38,138 nucleotides of DNA, from positions 1 through 38,138 of IMG/VR virus record IMGVR_UViG_3300027895_000005. One strand, 5' to 3'. This DNA comes from a virus. Below the pieces are notes generated by a model. That model worked only from the letters and a program-made list of their open reading frames with translations, was not told the DNA's origin and did no database searches. Numbering within the stretch: position 1 is the stretch's first letter; each line of letters opens with the position of its first letter. The position numbers and the translations under genes were made by a program. Below, piece by piece: positions 17,014 through 24,717 of this stretch.

Positions 17014-18069
17014 TCAAAAGCAGTAGCGACCTCGATACCTGTCGAGTATCTGTGCCGCCAAGCTTGCTTTTCGGTTCAGCGCAACCGATGCGTTCGCGTA
17101 CATCGCTTGAATTACCTGGTAGGCGAACGGCCCGCACGTAGAAAAACTCCAGATGCTGTGGTTTCGTCTCAAGCAGGTGCGATGCGGGGTAATGGATGAG
17201 CAGAAAGCCCGAAACTGCTCGCAGCACGCCAGAGAACCAGTAAACCCAATCACTGGAGAATCGTAGCGCTTCACGACGCTAACCCACCCATCCCCATCGA
17301 CCATGCCTCGCCAAAAGTGCCTGTTCTTTTCCAGCCGCTTCACTTTCGCAATCTTCGACTTACGCGGCACAACGCCAAAACGCCGAAGGGCAATGGCAAG
17401 CCGCTCGGAATGGACAGTAAGGGATGCTGACGGCGAACAGTTTGGCAAGCTGGTGGATGGTTCTGCTCGACGAATAGGCGTATCCGTTTGAAGAAAGTCG
17501 CGGAAACGAAAGACGGTATCTCGGTCGCTCCAGGTCAACCCAAGCGTGACCGTCGATCTGCCTCGCCCCGGTCGAGGGTTGGTGACACACCCATCGGCCA
17601 TGAGCAGGCCGGCAAAATAACACCCCTCCTCGCTCAACGGCTCATCAAAAACGCTCTCGTTTAAAGTGTACTTGCGGCTCGTCTCTGTTGGCGGCCTGGT
17701 ATCTTCGCCAAGGATTCTCAGCGTTCGACAAATGCAGACACGGTTGACTTTGAAGATTCTTGCGATTTCATTCGCCGTCTTCCCTTCGCGATAGCGAGTC
17801 GCCACTTCCTGCTCTTCCGCTGGGGCGAGATTTCGCCTTTCCGGGCGTGCATCTGCTTTTGAACGAATTCGGACCCCCTCGCCGCGAAGGAGTTCAAGCA
17901 CCTTTGCCGCGCAAATCCCCGTAGCCGCAGCAATTTCGTGGCACGTATCCCCGGCCGTATAAGATTCCTGTATCTGCGCCAGCGTCTCCCGCGATGGCTT
18001 CATCGGCAGCAGTCTGCCAGTGACTCGACATCGCTGAACATTACCGGACCGCACCTTCTCCTCGCTCAT
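17014..18069 (-). CDS. Free-standing double-motif LAGLIDADG homing endonuclease with N-terminal HTH repeats
   Basis: YFAGLLMADGCV and HFWRGMVDGDGWV motifs, LRRFGVVPRKS, and two HTH-like segments. GGAGGGGAG RBS. Confidence 0.9.
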   Translation of the reverse strand: MSEEKVRSGNVQRCRVTGRLLPMKPSRETLAQIQESYTAGDTCHEIAAATGICAAKVLELLRGEGVRIRSKADARPERRNLAPAEEQEVATRYREGKTANEIARIFKVNRVCICRTLRILGEDTRPPTETSRKYTLNESVFDEPLSEEGCYFAGLLMADGCVTNPRPGRGRSTVTLGLTWSDRDTVFRFRDFLQTDTPIRRAEPSTSLPNCSPSASLTVHSERLAIALRRFGVVPRKSKIAKVKRLEKNRHFWRGMVDGDGWVSVVKRYDSPVIGFTGSLACCEQFRAFCSSITPHRTCLRRNHSIWSFSTCGPFAYQVIQAMYANASVALNRKASLAAQILDRYRGRYCF

Positions 18070-18085
18070 TCTCCCCTCCTCCCTC

Positions 18086-18125
18086 AACGGCAACGGGACA
18101 GGATTCTACCCCGTCCCGTGCCGTT
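18086..18125. promoter_or_regulatory. Imperfect hairpin in the 5' leader of the LAGLIDADG gene
   Basis: aacggc(a)acgggac ... gtcccgtgccgtt inverted repeat. Confidence 0.6.
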
Positions 18126-18140
18126 CACCATGTCGGTAGT

Positions 18141-18341
18141 TCACGCAACCTGCGCGAACCGCTTCACGTCTGCGATCCGGAACCGCGTCAGGTTGCGGCT
18201 GAACCGGATGGGTTGCGGCAGGTCGCCTCGCTCAACAAGACGCCAGATGGTCCGCGGGTGGACGGCCAGCAGATAGGCCGCTTGCCGCGCAGAGACGAAC
18301 TCAGCGTCAGGGGGGATCGGGAGAGCGTCGGACTTCTTCAT
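18141..18341 (-). CDS. AlpA/excisionase-like HTH DNA-binding protein
   Basis: VSARQAAYLLAVHPRTIWRLVERGDLPQPIRFSRNLTRFRIADV. Confidence 0.88.
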   Translation of the reverse strand: MKKSDALPIPPDAEFVSARQAAYLLAVHPRTIWRLVERGDLPQPIRFSRNLTRFRIADVKRFAQVA

Positions 18342-18355
18342 GATGCCCACCCCTT

Positions 18356-18709
18356 TCACATCCACTTGGTTGCGGTCTCGCCGTGCTTGTCCGGGTAGAG
18401 AATCGCCACGACACGCAACCCGCCGCCCTTCCGCTCGCGCCAGACGACGATTTCTTCGTCTCTCAACTCCGAGAAGGAGAGCGTCAGATCGTCAACGAAG
18501 TCTTCGAGGTTCTTGCCGACGTCGAGGGTGGCGTCTCCCTGCATGGCGAGGAACCTGTCTTCGGGCTCGACGTTCTCACGCTGGATGACGTAGCCCTGGC
18601 TGTCGCACGACCAGCAGGGACCGAGTTTGCTGCGTCCGACGCCGCCGCAAGACGAGCAGCGGACCTTGCCGGGGTTGCGTCCCGGCGTTTCAACGAGTAG
18701 ACTTTGCAT
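18356..18709 (-). CDS. Hypothetical protein with DnaJ-type zinc ribbon (CSSCGGVG / CWSCDSQG)
   Basis: Two CxxCxxxG motifs. AGGGGA RBS. Confidence 0.75.
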   Translation of the reverse strand: MQSLLVETPGRNPGKVRCSSCGGVGRSKLGPCWSCDSQGYVIQRENVEPEDRFLAMQGDATLDVGKNLEDFVDDLTLSFSELRDEEIVVWRERKGGGLRVVAILYPDKHGETATKWM

Positions 18710-18738
18710 AGGTGCATTCCCCTAACGAATGTTGCCTA

Positions 18739-18772
18739 GCAACCGAAGCGGAATGCGAGTCCGCTCGGTTGC
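18739..18772. promoter_or_regulatory. Leader hairpin upstream of the 18709 gene
   Basis: gcaaccga(a)gcgga-atgcgag-tccgctcggttgc. Confidence 0.65.
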
Positions 18773-18784
18773 ACCTAATAAAGC

Positions 18785-18813
18785 ATGGTACTAAAAGCCG
18801 AATCATCGGTCAA
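18785..18813 (-). promoter_or_regulatory. Sigma70-like promoter TTGACC-N17-TACCAT, divergent from the XRE gene, with a short palindrome CCGA-N4-TCGG in the spacer
   Basis: The minus strand reads TTGACC GATGATTCGGCTTTTAG TACCAT. Confidence 0.65.
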
Positions 18814-18828
18814 GGGAAGTAGGCGGCA

Positions 18829-19062
18829 ATGTTGATGACACTCGATGGGAAACTTGTCGGCCGGCGGGTGCGGGCGCTGCGAGAGGCGACAGATCCGAGG
18901 ATGTCTCAGCAGGATCTGGCCAGTGCTGCCGACCTGACGCTGTCCGCACTGTTCCGTCTTGAGAAGGGAAGAACGACCGATCCTCGACTGAGCACCATTG
19001 TTCGCCTTGCTGCCGCCCTGGACGTTGCGGTCGATGAACTCATCCGGGAGGAGAAACCATGA
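18829..19062 (+). CDS. XRE-family HTH transcriptional regulator
   Basis: VRALRE..MSQQDLASAADLTLSALFRLEKGRTTDPRLSTIVRLAAALDVAVDELI. Confidence 0.93.
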   Translation: MLMTLDGKLVGRRVRALREATDPRMSQQDLASAADLTLSALFRLEKGRTTDPRLSTIVRLAAALDVAVDELIREEKP

Positions 19063-19313
19063 TCCCCTCCGAACTTCTCGAACTCCTGCGCCGCCGACCG
19101 TTCGTCCCTTTCGTCCTGGTCAGCAGCGACGGCAAAACGTACTCGATCAGCCATCCGGACATGGTCGCTCCGCTTCCATCCGCCATCATGGTTCTGCGCC
19201 CCAATCCGGCGATTCCCGGCGCCTACCTTGGGATGGATTTCGTGTCGATGTTTCATATCGTTCGCGTCGAACAGCATGAGACGGCGCAGGGCAACGGGAC
19301 CGGCCAGTCGTGA
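19059..19313 (+). CDS. Small hypothetical protein of the RRRPFxPF..xSDGxxYxIxHP type common in planctomycetes
   Basis: ATGA coupling to the XRE gene, GGAGGAG RBS, and a recognisable motif. Confidence 0.8.
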   Translation: MIPSELLELLRRRPFVPFVLVSSDGKTYSISHPDMVAPLPSAIMVLRPNPAIPGAYLGMDFVSMFHIVRVEQHETAQGNGTGQS

Positions 19314-19315
19314 AC

Positions 19316-19516
19316 CTACAGCAGATCCTTCGTGAGGGCTGCGGCCGGAAAGGACTCCTTCATCACGAGACGGTCGCCGACGTCGAACCAGGTGACGCAA
19401 ACAGGCGTTGCGGCCCCGGGGCCGAATCCTGTGACAACCATCGGAGGGCCTCCTGATTTCACCTTCACAATGTCCCCTACTTTGAAGGGGCAATCAGTTT
19501 GCGGTGCTTCGTTCAT
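19316..19516 (-). CDS. DUF2158/YodC-like small protein, copy 1
   Basis: FKVGDIVKVKSGGPPMVV...VCVTWFD...ESFPAAAL. It may carry an N-terminal extension to about 19723. Confidence 0.85.
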   Translation of the reverse strand: MNEAPQTDCPFKVGDIVKVKSGGPPMVVTGFGPGAATPVCVTWFDVGDRLVMKESFPAAALTKDLL

Positions 19517-19737
19517 CGCTGAGGTTTCCACAGGGCGACCAGAGGGAACAGGGGAAACTGTATCGGAACCGTCATCGTCTGTCTCGATCCACGGACCAGA
19601 AAGCAGACGGAGCGAGGATTTAAACCTTCTTCGCGCCCTGGCGCCACTCTCTTGCTCGGTGGCAGCAATCTCTTCGCGGGCAATGCGGCGGATGGTTGGT
19701 TCATGCATCGTATCAGTCTCCAAGAGGAGTAGCCCCC

Positions 19738-19959
19738 ATGTCCGAACAGGTCCAACCTGGCGACATCGTCAAACTCAAATCGGACGGTCCGACGATGGTC
19801 ATCGGTTGCTTTGAAGATGGTGCGACAGAGCCGGTGGCGCGGTGCTACTGGTTTGTCGGCAACGATCTGCGAGAGGTTGCCATTTCCATTTCGGCGCTCG
19901 TCAAGACATCCGCAGGGGAGGCCAATTCAGCAACCCCTTCGTCACCGCCTCCGGATTGA
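19738..19959 (+). CDS. DUF2158/YodC-like small protein, copy 2
   Basis: PGDIVKLKSDGPTMVI...ARCYWF. GAGGAG RBS. Confidence 0.85.
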   Translation: MSEQVQPGDIVKLKSDGPTMVIGCFEDGATEPVARCYWFVGNDLREVAISISALVKTSAGEANSATPSSPPPD

Positions 19960-20113
19960 ACGTCGCGGTCCTCTCGGTGCCGTCGAGGAGAAACCACATG
20001 CATCCTACCGCCGTGGCGTACCCCCCGGTCACCGTCATGGCGGGACCGCCACTCTTTAACATCACCACGTCCCCCGGCTTGTAGGGGCATTCGGCTTTCT
20101 GCGTCTCGTTCAT
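19901..20113 (-). CDS. DUF2158/YodC-like small protein, copy 3
   Basis: YKPGDVVMLKSGGPAMTV...VGCMWF...ATFNPEAV. GGAG RBS. Confidence 0.85.
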   Translation of the reverse strand: MNETQKAECPYKPGDVVMLKSGGPAMTVTGGYATAVGCMWFLLDGTERTATFNPEAVTKGLLNWPPLRMS

Positions 20114-20162
20114 CGCTTGAGTCTCCACGGGGCGAACAAGGGAAATTGTAGCAGGTTGCATC

Positions 20163-20519
20163 ATGATCCGCTTCACCTGCCTTGCGTGCCAGGCCGTCTC
20201 CGAAGCTCCCGAGTCCGCCGCCGGCAAGATGACCCGTTGCCCCGACTGCGGCGCCAGCATCCGAATCCCCCTGCCGCCGACCACGTTGCACGTCTCCCCA
20301 GAGGACGAACCGAAGCTTGTGCCGATACCGCCACCATTGCCACCCGCCGAATCAATCCTCGACACGCCGTTCTCCAAGCTGACCCCTCGAGGCGTCTTTA
20401 AGATTTGGTGGTTCTGCGCTCAGATAATCCTGATCGCTGGCGTTCTCTTCTTCCTGGCCTACCTCGCGTGGGCGATGTGGATAATGCAGCAAAGCGATCT
20501 GCGGAATTTCAAGCCGTGA
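20163..20519 (+). CDS. Zinc-ribbon / Pro-rich / transmembrane protein
   Basis: MIRFTCLAC...AAGKMTRCPDCG, a Pro-rich linker, and the TM segment IILIAGVLFFLAYLAWAMWI. This architecture is common in planctomycetes. Confidence 0.8.
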   Translation: MIRFTCLACQAVSEAPESAAGKMTRCPDCGASIRIPLPPTTLHVSPEDEPKLVPIPPPLPPAESILDTPFSKLTPRGVFKIWWFCAQIILIAGVLFFLAYLAWAMWIMQQSDLRNFKP

Positions 20520-20526
20520 TCGCCTG

Positions 20527-21117
20527 TCAGAACGTGATCGCTTGCCCGGAGAATCCTGCCGGGGACGGGATCGGACCGAGAAGATTCTGGATGTATGTGC
20601 CGGGATTGATGACGTTGGCCGTCAGCGCCGTCGTATCGAGCTGGATCACGCCGCCGTACAGCGGATCGGTGTCAGCCGGCGGAACCTGCAGGACGTAGAA
20701 GTACTGTATCGTGCGAACGTAGATCGGTGTCCCGTCAGCCATCACCTCGTTGGCGGGAATCGTCTTCGTGCTGAACATGAGCACTTCATTATCGTTCGTC
20801 AAGGGAGACGGCAACGTCGGCGGTCCGCCGACGGATTGAAAGGCCGCCGAGACGACTTTCCAGGTAATTCCTCCCGTTAATCTCCAGAACTGCACGGGCG
20901 AACCTGGCGGACCGGACGACGGCGCCGCTCCGAGGCCGCGGTTGCTAGCGTAACCTACGGTCATGCCGGCCGAGATTAGTGCCGTCCCAGGCGGCTGTGG
21001 GGGATAGTCGAACCCCGACGGCGCAGGCGACGGGGCGTTGTCGGGCGGCGTGTTCGCCAGATTCGACTCGGGAGGCGTCGGCGGTGGATTCGTGTAGTTC
21101 GGCGGTTGATTCGGCAC
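20527..21117 (-). CDS. Tail-associated structural protein
   Basis: GGAGG RBS and GTG start, Pro-rich N-terminus then a beta-rich domain, located in the tail module. Confidence 0.7.
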   Translation of the reverse strand: MPNQPPNYTNPPPTPPESNLANTPPDNAPSPAPSGFDYPPQPPGTALISAGMTVGYASNRGLGAAPSSGPPGSPVQFWRLTGGITWKVVSAAFQSVGGPPTLPSPLTNDNEVLMFSTKTIPANEVMADGTPIYVRTIQYFYVLQVPPADTDPLYGGVIQLDTTALTANVINPGTYIQNLLGPIPSPAGFSGQAITF

Positions 21118-21120
21118 TTC

Positions 21121-22569
21121 TCAAACCTCCGTCGTTATATCCATCGCGATCGGTGGCGCGATGGGGGCAGGTGGCAGCGAGCCGGGGACGGGGGTCAACG
21201 CCTGGGCGAAGATGTTATTCAAATAGCCGCTGCCGCGGGTATTGTTCGAGTTTGGTAGTTGTGTTCGTGGTGTGGATGGCAAGTAGTTAAGCGGAGCGCC
21301 TACTCCGGTGTTCATATCCATGAGGCTCGGGGCAAACGTATCACCCAGAAAACCCTTGGCCGAAATCAGGTTCTGCATCACCAGTGTGAAGCGAACTTCA
21401 ACGGTCGGCTGATCTTCCGATCCAATCCACTGGGTGAGGGTGATACTTTCTATCGCCAGCAGGTTACCAGACGCCAGCGCAGGCGTTTGAACCTTGATTG
21501 AGAACACCTGCCTGGCGATTTTGTAGAGGTTCTGATTGTTGGCGCCGCTTTGGCCGAGAACGCGGACAACGCAGGAAACCCTGGTGTCGGCGCTACTCAT
21601 GTTGAGCGCCTGATGCGCTATGTTTGCCACCGTTCGCGCCGTGAAAGCTGCGCCGGCGCCTGTCCAGAACGATGCGGCTTCGGCGGCTATGGCTGCGGCT
21701 GTATCGATTCCCCGATGCGCTAACTTCTTGAAGGTGAACACCTCGACCCCTGAATGGACGCTGATCGTCCCCTCGATCTTCTCCACCCCGCTATTAGCGC
21801 CTAAACCGTAGCTCGTTTCTCTGTCAATGCACCTGTACCGATATGTCCGGTTGTCATCCTCCACGGTCCAAGAGGGCCGAATCCGTCGAAAAGAACTGTC
21901 CGACGGAACCAACAACAGGTTGCGGAAGTCGTCCGGAAAAGCTTCCTCTGCAACCAACCCGTCCAGGCGAAACACGGCCGTGCCGTCGATAGTGCGCGTG
22001 GTGAACCCGGCGCTGTCGATGTCAGCCGTCATCGACCAGCGGTTGGAAAGCAGGATCTTCGTGTACGCCGTCGTTGCCAGCTCAACCGAGAAGTTGAGAA
22101 AAATCGTCTTGTCGCCGCGCACCTCGTAACAGCGGCAGCGCCGCACGAACGGCCCACCCATCGCATCGCACGGAAGGAACTGCGTTCCAGCGGCGTCGAT
22201 GCGGTTGGGCGCTTCCAGAACGAGGTCGGGGCCGATCCAGTATTGCACCAGCGGACGGGGGTTGCCAAGCAACTGTGTGATGACGCGAGCGGTGAGTCCA
22301 GAGCGGTCGCCCGGCCCCGTCGCGAAGGTCAGCCCCGCAGGGGGTAGCGCACCCGGGGGCGGAACCACGGCAAGGCTTACGGTCGGCTGGTTGGTCGCCA
22401 TCATCAGAGGGTTGATGATGGCGCGAACCTCGAGCTTTACCCGGTGAAACAGCACCTCCATGCCGGAAGAATCCATCTCCGGCGTCGCCTCCATCGAGAT
22501 GGTTTCCATCTCGTTCGGGCGTATCTCGAATGTCGTGCCGTCCTGTCCGGTAATCACCAGTCTGGCCAT
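21121..22569 (-). CDS. Distal tail/tail-tip-like protein (first gene after the tape-measure position)
   Basis: AGGAG RBS, beta-rich sequence (SNRWS...FTTRTIDG...YRYRCIDRE), and synteny. Confidence 0.7.
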   Translation of the reverse strand: MARLVITGQDGTTFEIRPNEMETISMEATPEMDSSGMEVLFHRVKLEVRAIINPLMMATNQPTVSLAVVPPPGALPPAGLTFATGPGDRSGLTARVITQLLGNPRPLVQYWIGPDLVLEAPNRIDAAGTQFLPCDAMGGPFVRRCRCYEVRGDKTIFLNFSVELATTAYTKILLSNRWSMTADIDSAGFTTRTIDGTAVFRLDGLVAEEAFPDDFRNLLLVPSDSSFRRIRPSWTVEDDNRTYRYRCIDRETSYGLGANSGVEKIEGTISVHSGVEVFTFKKLAHRGIDTAAAIAAEAASFWTGAGAAFTARTVANIAHQALNMSSADTRVSCVVRVLGQSGANNQNLYKIARQVFSIKVQTPALASGNLLAIESITLTQWIGSEDQPTVEVRFTLVMQNLISAKGFLGDTFAPSLMDMNTGVGAPLNYLPSTPRTQLPNSNNTRGSGYLNNIFAQALTPVPGSLPPAPIAPPIAMDITTEV

Positions 22570-22581
22570 CACTTCTCCTGG

Positions 22582-23823
22582 TCAGACGACGGAAGAACCC
22601 CGGGCGCCGCGAATCGACTCGGGAGCGGTTGGGCTCAGTTCTCGCTTCTCGCGATCCTCCTTCGCATACGCCCCCTCGCCGTGCGAGAACTTCTTGCGCA
22701 TCGACGAAGCCGCCCCACCGCCCTTTTCCCCTTCCTTGAGCGTACCCAGAATTTCCTTGAGTACACCTGCCATCTCCTTGAGGAATTCAGTGTCCTCTTC
22801 CGCGCCTTCGTCGCGTTCGACCTGTTCAGCGTCGTCGCGCCCCCTGCCCGGCAACTGCTGATCCGCGGACGGCAACGGCGGTTCGGGCAATTGTGATTCC
22901 CGGCCCCCTGGAAGCTGGAACAACTCTTCCAGGTCGGCACGGTTCAGGTTCAGCCGCTTGCTGTCCCTTGGCGCTACGGACTCTTCCAGGGAGTACGGTT
23001 CGGCCGGTGGTCGCGGCAATGGCTGTGCCGCGTAGTCGAACAGCGAAGGAGGGCGCGGGCCAGCCTCTTCCGCTGGAATCGTACCAAGAGGCAGTTTCGA
23101 CCCGAAGTCGCCGTCGATGCGGGGAATGCCGAAATCGCTCATCCCCTTCACCTTGAACCGCGGCAACTGACTGGCGTCGAACTCTTCCTTTGTCGATCGT
23201 GGCGCCTCGGGAGGGCCGGGCAAGACATCGCTTGCGCTGATCGCGTCCCACCACTTCTTCGGCGGTCCGACGTCAGCCTCGTCCTGTGCGTCTTCCCACT
23301 CCTGTAATCGCTTCTCTTCGGGGGTGGACGGCGGCGCCGGGAGACTCGGGTCGAGCAGCGGAGCGGTCTGGTAGAAGGACGACGGCAGCGGGGGCGGCGA
23401 GACCTTCCCGGCGAAATCCGGGTCAAGGAGCGGCTGGCCGGCCACGTCGCGTTCCAGCATCTCCCACGGGAGCGCTGGCGGTGTTGCCTGGGACGCCGGG
23501 GGCGGCGTGGGCAACTGGTTGGCGGTCCAGTCGGGCATGTCTCGCGACTGTAGGAACCGCAGCGTGCTCTGCTCCACGTTCTGCTGATTGAACCCGCCCC
23601 GCGCGATGTTCTCGAACAACTCAAGGGCTGATTGTAGATGATCGTCGCGCTGCTGCTGGGCAACCCACTGCGTGACCATCCCCTCGCGCACAGCCTTCGC
23701 CACGGCAGCAGGGAGATCCTTGAGGAAGTCCAGACCGCCGGACGCCTGCTGCCGCGCAAGGTTGGCCGCGAGACGGGCATTCATCTCCAGCGCGGCGTTC
23801 AGGTCTTGCGGTGTCTCAGCCAC
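22582..23823 (-). CDS. Protein at the tape-measure position; helical ends with a Pro-rich acidic middle
   Basis: Immediately follows the G/GT chaperone. GTG start overlaps the GT stop, with a GGCGAGGG upstream sequence. Confidence 0.6.
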   Translation of the reverse strand: MAETPQDLNAALEMNARLAANLARQQASGGLDFLKDLPAAVAKAVREGMVTQWVAQQQRDDHLQSALELFENIARGGFNQQNVEQSTLRFLQSRDMPDWTANQLPTPPPASQATPPALPWEMLERDVAGQPLLDPDFAGKVSPPPLPSSFYQTAPLLDPSLPAPPSTPEEKRLQEWEDAQDEADVGPPKKWWDAISASDVLPGPPEAPRSTKEEFDASQLPRFKVKGMSDFGIPRIDGDFGSKLPLGTIPAEEAGPRPPSLFDYAAQPLPRPPAEPYSLEESVAPRDSKRLNLNRADLEELFQLPGGRESQLPEPPLPSADQQLPGRGRDDAEQVERDEGAEEDTEFLKEMAGVLKEILGTLKEGEKGGGAASSMRKKFSHGEGAYAKEDREKRELSPTAPESIRGARGSSVV

Positions 23824-24157
23824 GTTTCGCCCTCGCCGCCGCCCTCTGCTGCTGGCTTGCCCCCAAAATCGCATCCACCTCGGCCGGGTCCTGCGCCACC
23901 GCGTCGGCCCACTCCGGCCCCAGGTCCGCCAGGCTGTGGTAGCTCTGCACGCCCTTGCCGACCGCGACCGACTGTTGCAGGCGCACGCGCGAGATGTGGC
24001 TGACGAGCGAGACGTAGTGGTAGTAGCCGCCGGATGGGGTTGTGCCCGTCAGCCAACCCCAGAGACGAGCAACAAGGGATGCAGGAGCAAGCGACATGGG
24101 GCAGAACCCGTAGGCGGCGCAGAAGTCGGCTAACTCCCGGCCGCTCTCCCGTTTTTT
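23816..24157 (-). CDS. Tail assembly chaperone, -1 frameshift (GT) extension
   Basis: The -1 frame is open from the slippery site (KKRESGRELADFCAAYGF...) to the stop at 23816. Confidence 0.75.
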   Translation of the reverse strand, partial: KKRESGRELADFCAAYGFCPMSLAPASLVARLWGWLTGTTPSGGYYHYVSLVSHISRVRLQQSVAVGKGVQSYHSLADLGPEWADAVAQDPAEVDAILGASQQQRAAARAKRG

Positions 24158-24519
24158 TCCGACCACTCCCACCACTGTTTGAGACAGTACCAGCACTCCG
24201 CGTCGAGCGCCCCTTTACCGTCAGCCGGGTTGAACGCCGGCAGTTTGAACGCCTGGCGGACCACGGCGGCGAGGTTGTCCTGAGCTTCGGCGCGGCGGAG
24301 CTGGTCTATCGCCTCCATCTTCTCCTCTTCCTCGGTCAACTTTCGATCGCCAGGAGGAGGAGGCACGTCGCTCGCATCGCGGCACAGTTGCGACAGGCGT
24401 CCCCCCGACGCCTGTACGAGTCGCCGGCGCAGGGCGAGCGGGTCCTCGTTCACCATCATCTGGCCGTTCCAGAACGTAAATATTTTTCTCTCAGGAGGGG
24501 CAAAGTTGGCGCTGGCCAT
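24130..24519 (-). CDS. Tail assembly chaperone (G-like)
   Basis: 129 aa between the tube and tape-measure positions, ending with GAA AAA AAC near the stop. GAGGA RBS. Confidence 0.8.
   Translation of the reverse strand: MASANFAPPERKIFTFWNGQMMVNEDPLALRRRLVQASGGRLSQLCRDASDVPPPPGDRKLTEEEEKMEAIDQLRRAEAQDNLAAVVRQAFKLPAFNPADGKGALDAECWYCLKQWWEWSEKNGRAAGS
24151..24157 (-). promoter_or_regulatory. Programmed -1 ribosomal frameshift heptamer A AAA AAC
   Basis: TCG GAA AAA AAC GGG in the G frame. A -1 slip joins the downstream ORF. Canonical X XXY YYZ at the canonical position. Confidence 0.85.
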
Positions 24520-24528
24520 GCGTTCCTC

Positions 24529-24708
24529 TTACGTGGGCCTTGGCGATTCAGCGGTGGGGTAGTGACGCCCACGGACGTTGACCACGACCCGATGAAACAG
24601 AAGTTCTGTTTCAGAGTCGTTCATCTCCGGCACGGAGTCTATTGTCATCTCGTCGCACTGGATCTCCAGCGTCTTGCCGTTATGCTTGATGAGAACAAGT
24701 CTGTCCAT
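24529..24708 (-). CDS. 59-aa protein paralogous to the N-terminus of the 21121-22569 tail protein; absent from the ORF track
   Basis: Translated by hand: MDRLVLIKHNGKTLEIQCDEMTIDSVPEMNDSETELLFHRVVVNVRGRHYPTAESPRPT. GAGGA RBS. Confidence 0.8.
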   Translation of the reverse strand: MDRLVLIKHNGKTLEIQCDEMTIDSVPEMNDSETELLFHRVVVNVRGRHYPTAESPRPT

Positions 24709-24717
24709 ACTTTCCTC

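Noticed and set aside
16955-17227. N-terminal 91-aa extension of the 15539 gene given by the ORF track
   Set aside because: It overlaps the LAGLIDADG gene, and a strong GGAGGG RBS supports ATG 16954.
17014-18069. LAGLIDADG as part of an intein or group I intron
   Set aside because: It has its own RBS, start and stop, shows no intein splice motifs, and no interrupted host gene flanks it.
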